From: Chlorokybus atmophyticus
Taxonomy: Eukaryota > Plantae > Mesostigma and Chlorokybus algae
Length of the DNA stretch: 10,996 bases
Direction of reading: 5' to 3'
NCBI GenBank assembly: GCA_009103225.1
Contig: RHPI01001965.1
Location: 1-10,996, forward strand
Shown here piece after piece: positions 7,884 to 10,996 of the stretch. The position numbers and the translations under genes are program-made. Position 1 is the stretch's first letter; each line of letters starts with the position of its first letter. The notes below the pieces were generated by a model. That model saw nothing but the letters and a program-made list of their open reading frames with translations. It searched no databases and had not been told where the DNA came from.

Positions 7884-8673
7884 GAGCGATATCATATCCT
7901 GGTGTCTCCAGGATGTGCCATGTGCCGCCCGTTGAGGTGCCGGGATAGCACCTGAATAGGCCTGGCATGGTGGACTGGCCCAGATGAGCTCGTACTCGCT
8001 CAGCTCTCCTGCACTCAGGGTGCATACATCGCGGTGTATGAAGGGCAGCGGGTACTCAGAGGAGGGACTTATGTCCATCCCGGTCACGTCAAAGCCTGCG
8101 TGGTATAGACCGACACTGGCACCGCCACCGCCGCAGAAAATGTCGAGTGCCCTTGGTCTTCGCGTGCGTCCCAGCTTGTTGTCAAATGGCGTGTATGTGG
8201 TCAAGGCTGGCCGTGGTGCTGGCCAGGGACTAACAATGATGCCGTCGGGGCTTACTTTGCGACTGACGTTCTCCCCTCCGGCGCGCAGAACATGGCGTGC
8301 CCCGTCAACTGATGTGTACGCGAATACGTTGTGCCCTTTGAAGTTGATGGTTTGTGGTCGATCACCGTCATCGAATACTATACGGTGCTGCCCTGCAAAG
8401 ACATTTTTTATTGAACCATGCACATATGATGCGTCCTCAATCTCGCACGCCACGAAGCGATGCTGACCTGACGCTTGCTTGAATGATTCCACAACGCCCG
8501 CATACCATTCCCCATTCAGCGGCCAATGCACCATGACACTCACACCGATCAGCTGCTCGCATCCCAACTTAACTGCGTTCCGCAGCCGATGCAGTGCGCT
8601 GTCCAATGGTCGATGGTCTGCCTCCTCTACAGCGGCCAGGGGATGAAACTGCCCACGCCCACACCGTGCAAGA
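7884..8673 (-). pseudogene. Tudor domain + C5 DNA cytosine methyltransferase fusion gene, 3'-truncated by the copia insertion
   Basis: Tudor-like segment LIGVSVMVHWPLNGEWYAGVVESFKQASGQHRIVFDDGD (after removing a 75-nt intron), ~8552-8340. MTase motif I ALDIFCGGGGASVGLYHAGFDVTGMDI (F at 8138) and catalytic motif IV IWASPPCQAYS (PC at 7970-7965). The frame runs into LTR2 and stops only inside it; motif VI onward is missing. The 5' boundary is uncertain; the frame is open to about 8697. Confidence 0.85.
8393..8467 (-). other. 75-nt GT-AG spliceosomal intron within the Tudor domain
   Basis: Donor CAG|GTCAGC and acceptor TTTGCAG|GG. Removal deletes a 25-aa insert and restores Tudor spacing between WYxG and the GxHxIxFDDGD motif. 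The intron is in frame and stop-free. Confidence 0.75.
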
Positions 8674-8769
8674 CTGCTATGAATGCGACAACAGCTTCAA
8701 CATGCATGAAATAAGCATACGCCCAACATAACATGCAGTGATACGTCGCGGTCCTCTCTTGTGGATTAC

Positions 8770-9137
8770 CTCCACAGCATCCACCACCTGTCCACTAACC
8801 ACATGTCCCGGTGTTGTCCATGTGAAGAAGCGCATGGGTTCCCCTCGCCACTCGAAGCATGAGCGCGAGCACGATTCGCACACGCAATGGAAAAACTCGG
8901 GTTCCTTGCACAGCACTTGGCCGAGGCGGCAGCCAAACACACATCGACATTGTGTGTGGTGTGATGCCAACAAGCAGCACTAAAACCGTGGCACACTGTC
9001 TGCACTCGCTGGCATTCGGTCAAGTGTGCTCGCATTTGCTGCCTACGGCCATTGGCACATACGTACGCATTGCATTGTGGGCACACCAAGCATGATCTCC
9101 TAGGTGAGGGTGATTTAACTGTTGCCGCCGACATCAT
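8770..9137 (-). CDS. Probable upstream exon(s) of the Tudor-MTase gene, Cys/His-rich (putative Zn fingers); exon structure unresolved
   Basis: ATG at 9137. CPQC-x15-HLTEC (9083-9012) resembles a C2HC finger. An overlapping frame (8973-8677) encodes HHTQCRCVFGC...FHCVCESCSRSC. A donor AG|GTAATC at 8769 and tandem acceptors TAG/CAG at 8677/8674 would join this ORF in phase to the Tudor frame. Confidence 0.45.
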
Positions 9138-9272
9138 GCAAAATAGGAATTGGCACGGCTGCCCACAAACTGAGCGAGACTTTAGGGTATGGGCATCAAT
9201 TGAGGGTTGCCATCTTACGAACCTTAAATGGGTCAAACTTCAAGTGAAGCACGACTGTACCTTATACGCTAT

Positions 9273-9296
9273 TGCAGTACCATGCATGGTACTGCA
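9273..9296. repeat. Perfect 24-bp palindrome TGCAGTACCATG|CATGGTACTGCA with further ATGGTACT direct copies
   Basis: Seen directly. ATGGTACT occurs at 9286, 9306 and 9324, and inverted at 9276. Confidence 0.9.
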
Positions 9297-9611
9297 TTAA
9301 CATGAATGGTACTCCACCTGTCAATGGTACTACAGTACAAGGATACTCGCATACTACCACGATCGTAGAGTAATACTGTGCTGTCATGCCATAGAACCCA
9401 GAGCGCTGTCCGAGTTTGTTGCTGTCAACCACGCTCTAAACCAGCGAAGTATGCACTGACTCATGCGCCGGGCAGTCATCATACACATGTACAGCCAATG
9501 CTTCTAACAACAGCAGATCTCTGGTGCACCATGCACCATGCTGCAACAATACATGTACCTACATGGTTCACAGGAAGCCAACACAAAACTACAATACATG
9601 CACAATTGGCA

Positions 9612-10623
9612 TCAAGGCGGGGGCCAAACCACCGCCGACACGTTGGCGTCTTGCATCAGGCGTGGCGACCAAAACGGGTGAGGTTGCTTGCAGAATGGAC
9701 ACGCTTGTAGATTCTTTGATTTATTTGCCACAGTCTTCTGATGTGCTATGATGCAGACATGGCACATCGCTTTCTTGCAACAGGGCGTCTCCCCATCCGC
9801 TGGGGGGGGTGGCTCTTCAATGCGACAAATCAGCACACATGGGGCACGCGGGTGTGCAAGCTGCCTCTGCCACCAAACTCTGTTATCGCGTCGCAGGCGT
9901 AGCGACTCCCATCTGAATGGCGCAGCATAACGCTCCACTGCCTGCTCGATCACCTGACGCCCATCTGCCGCCATACACCACCTGCTGGTCTTGGTGGTCT
10001 CGTCCAGCATGCATTCATCCAGGCCCTCGACATGGCTGTCGTCACTCGTGTACTCCCCCGCATCGTCATTTTCTTCGAGCTTCCACAGAATCAGCTCGAC
10101 GTGCCGTATGACATACAGCCACTGCCAGCCAAAGCATGCCAAGTACAGCTCGAATGGTTTTACTTGCCACCCAGTATGTTTGCTCAGGTAGTGGCACACA
10201 TCTCGACCCGCATTAGTCGACATCGACAGGTACATCTGCTGCAGCAGGTCGAAGTTCTGCTCCGCAGATAGCTCTTGCACATTGCCGGGGTGCTGCGGCA
10301 GCAACAACACCATCATATTGAGGACGGCGAGGGGCAACAACGTACTACGGATGGCCATATCGTGTATGGGTTCCAACCACGGCCGATCCCCAGAGGCTTG
10401 TTTAGACCGCATTCTCCGCGTTTGCTCCCACTTATTGCAAACTTTCGTCACCCACCTTGAGGCATGCCGCATGCGGTGATGCTGCGCGTCTTGGGCGTAC
10501 TGTAGGGTGATCAACTCCTTTGCACTACGAGTCAGCCCCCCAAAGCGTCTGCGCGTCGGTGCTTTAAGCTTAGACAGCTCGTGCCGCACCGGCTGTCTCT
10601 CTGAACGATGCTCAGCAACCACT
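9612..10623 (-). CDS. Unknown protein with C-terminal RING-like zinc finger; 5' end probably removed by the LTR3 insertion
   Basis: The 336-codon frame is open right up to the LTR3 edge. The C-terminus CVLIC-x14-CCKKAMCHVC-x17-CPFC (9839-9690) has RING-like spacing. Stop TGA at 9614-9612. Confidence 0.7.
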
Positions 10624-10996
10624 TGTTGAGAGTATTCCTACATACGATCAGCATCGACCCTCCACACAGGAGTAGAAGGTCGTAAGGACGAGCACTAGGT
10701 CCGGACTTAGCAAGATGGCATCGTCGGACCAGACTCCGGACTCCAGACTGGAGCCTTACTAACTGCTTCGTATCTCCGCGTATACTTACTCATATTAGGC
10801 GTGTAAGAGCTTGTTGGAAAGCTCTGGTTGTAAGGAAGACAACGCAGCTTAGAGCGCGTCAAAAGGCTGAGTATAGCTTACGCAGTGCTTGCAAATGTAG
10901 ACGTGTGTGTAACTGGCTGGTATAAGAACCAGCGGACAACTTGTAATAGATGAATGTGATGTGACCTGTGTATGCTCTGGTGGCGGTAGCTCTGTC
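10624..10996 (+). repeat. LTR3, same copia family: 5' LTR or solo LTR of a separate insertion, truncated by the window end
   Basis: Starts with TGTTGAGAG and has 3 substitutions versus LTR1 over 373 bp. No PPT upstream. Left flank CCACT (10619-10623) is the candidate TSD. Confidence 0.96.

Noticed and set aside
7984-8466. 160-aa plus-strand ORF
   Set aside because: It lies antisense to the Tudor-MTase frame, which has clear motifs; this ORF has none.
9273-9310. Palindrome as a Helitron 3' terminal hairpin
   Set aside because: There is no CTRR terminus at the expected short distance on either strand.
9515-9600. TGCACCA tandem and duplicated ACAATACATG downstream of the RING stop
   Set aside because: The repeats are 7-10 bp in a low-complexity CATG-rich 3' region and are compatible with slippage.
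7459-10996. LTR2 + gene cluster + LTR3 as a single non-autonomous LTR element that captured the MTase and RING genes
   Set aside because: There is no PBS after LTR2 and no PPT before LTR3. LTR2 is preceded by its own PPT and pol. Both cargo genes are cut exactly at the LTR edges, as expected for two separate insertions.

Overview
Eukaryotic, TE-dense window; the host is probably a green alga (inferred). Bases 1-7883 are two head-to-tail copies of a ~4.9-kb Ty1/copia LTR retrotransposon sharing one central LTR (repeat unit 4484 bp). Copy 1 is 5'-truncated by the window and has an intact pol frame. Copy 2 is complete but carries a nonsense codon and several substitutions at conserved residues. 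The element has a half-tRNA-iMet type primer site (GGTTATGGGCCCAC), as in copia, Ty5 and Osser. A third LTR of the same family starts at 10624 and runs off the window. The 2.74 kb between LTR2 and LTR3 is unrelated minus-strand coding DNA, cut at both ends by the insertions. It holds a RING-like protein ORF, a spacer with a perfect 24-bp palindrome and a GTAC cluster, and an intron-containing gene that fuses a Tudor domain (possibly with upstream Zn-finger exons) to a compact phage/bacterial-style C5 cytosine methyltransferase. This Tudor-MTase/RING cluster is the most unusual feature. All alignments and counts were done by eye; no database searches were run.
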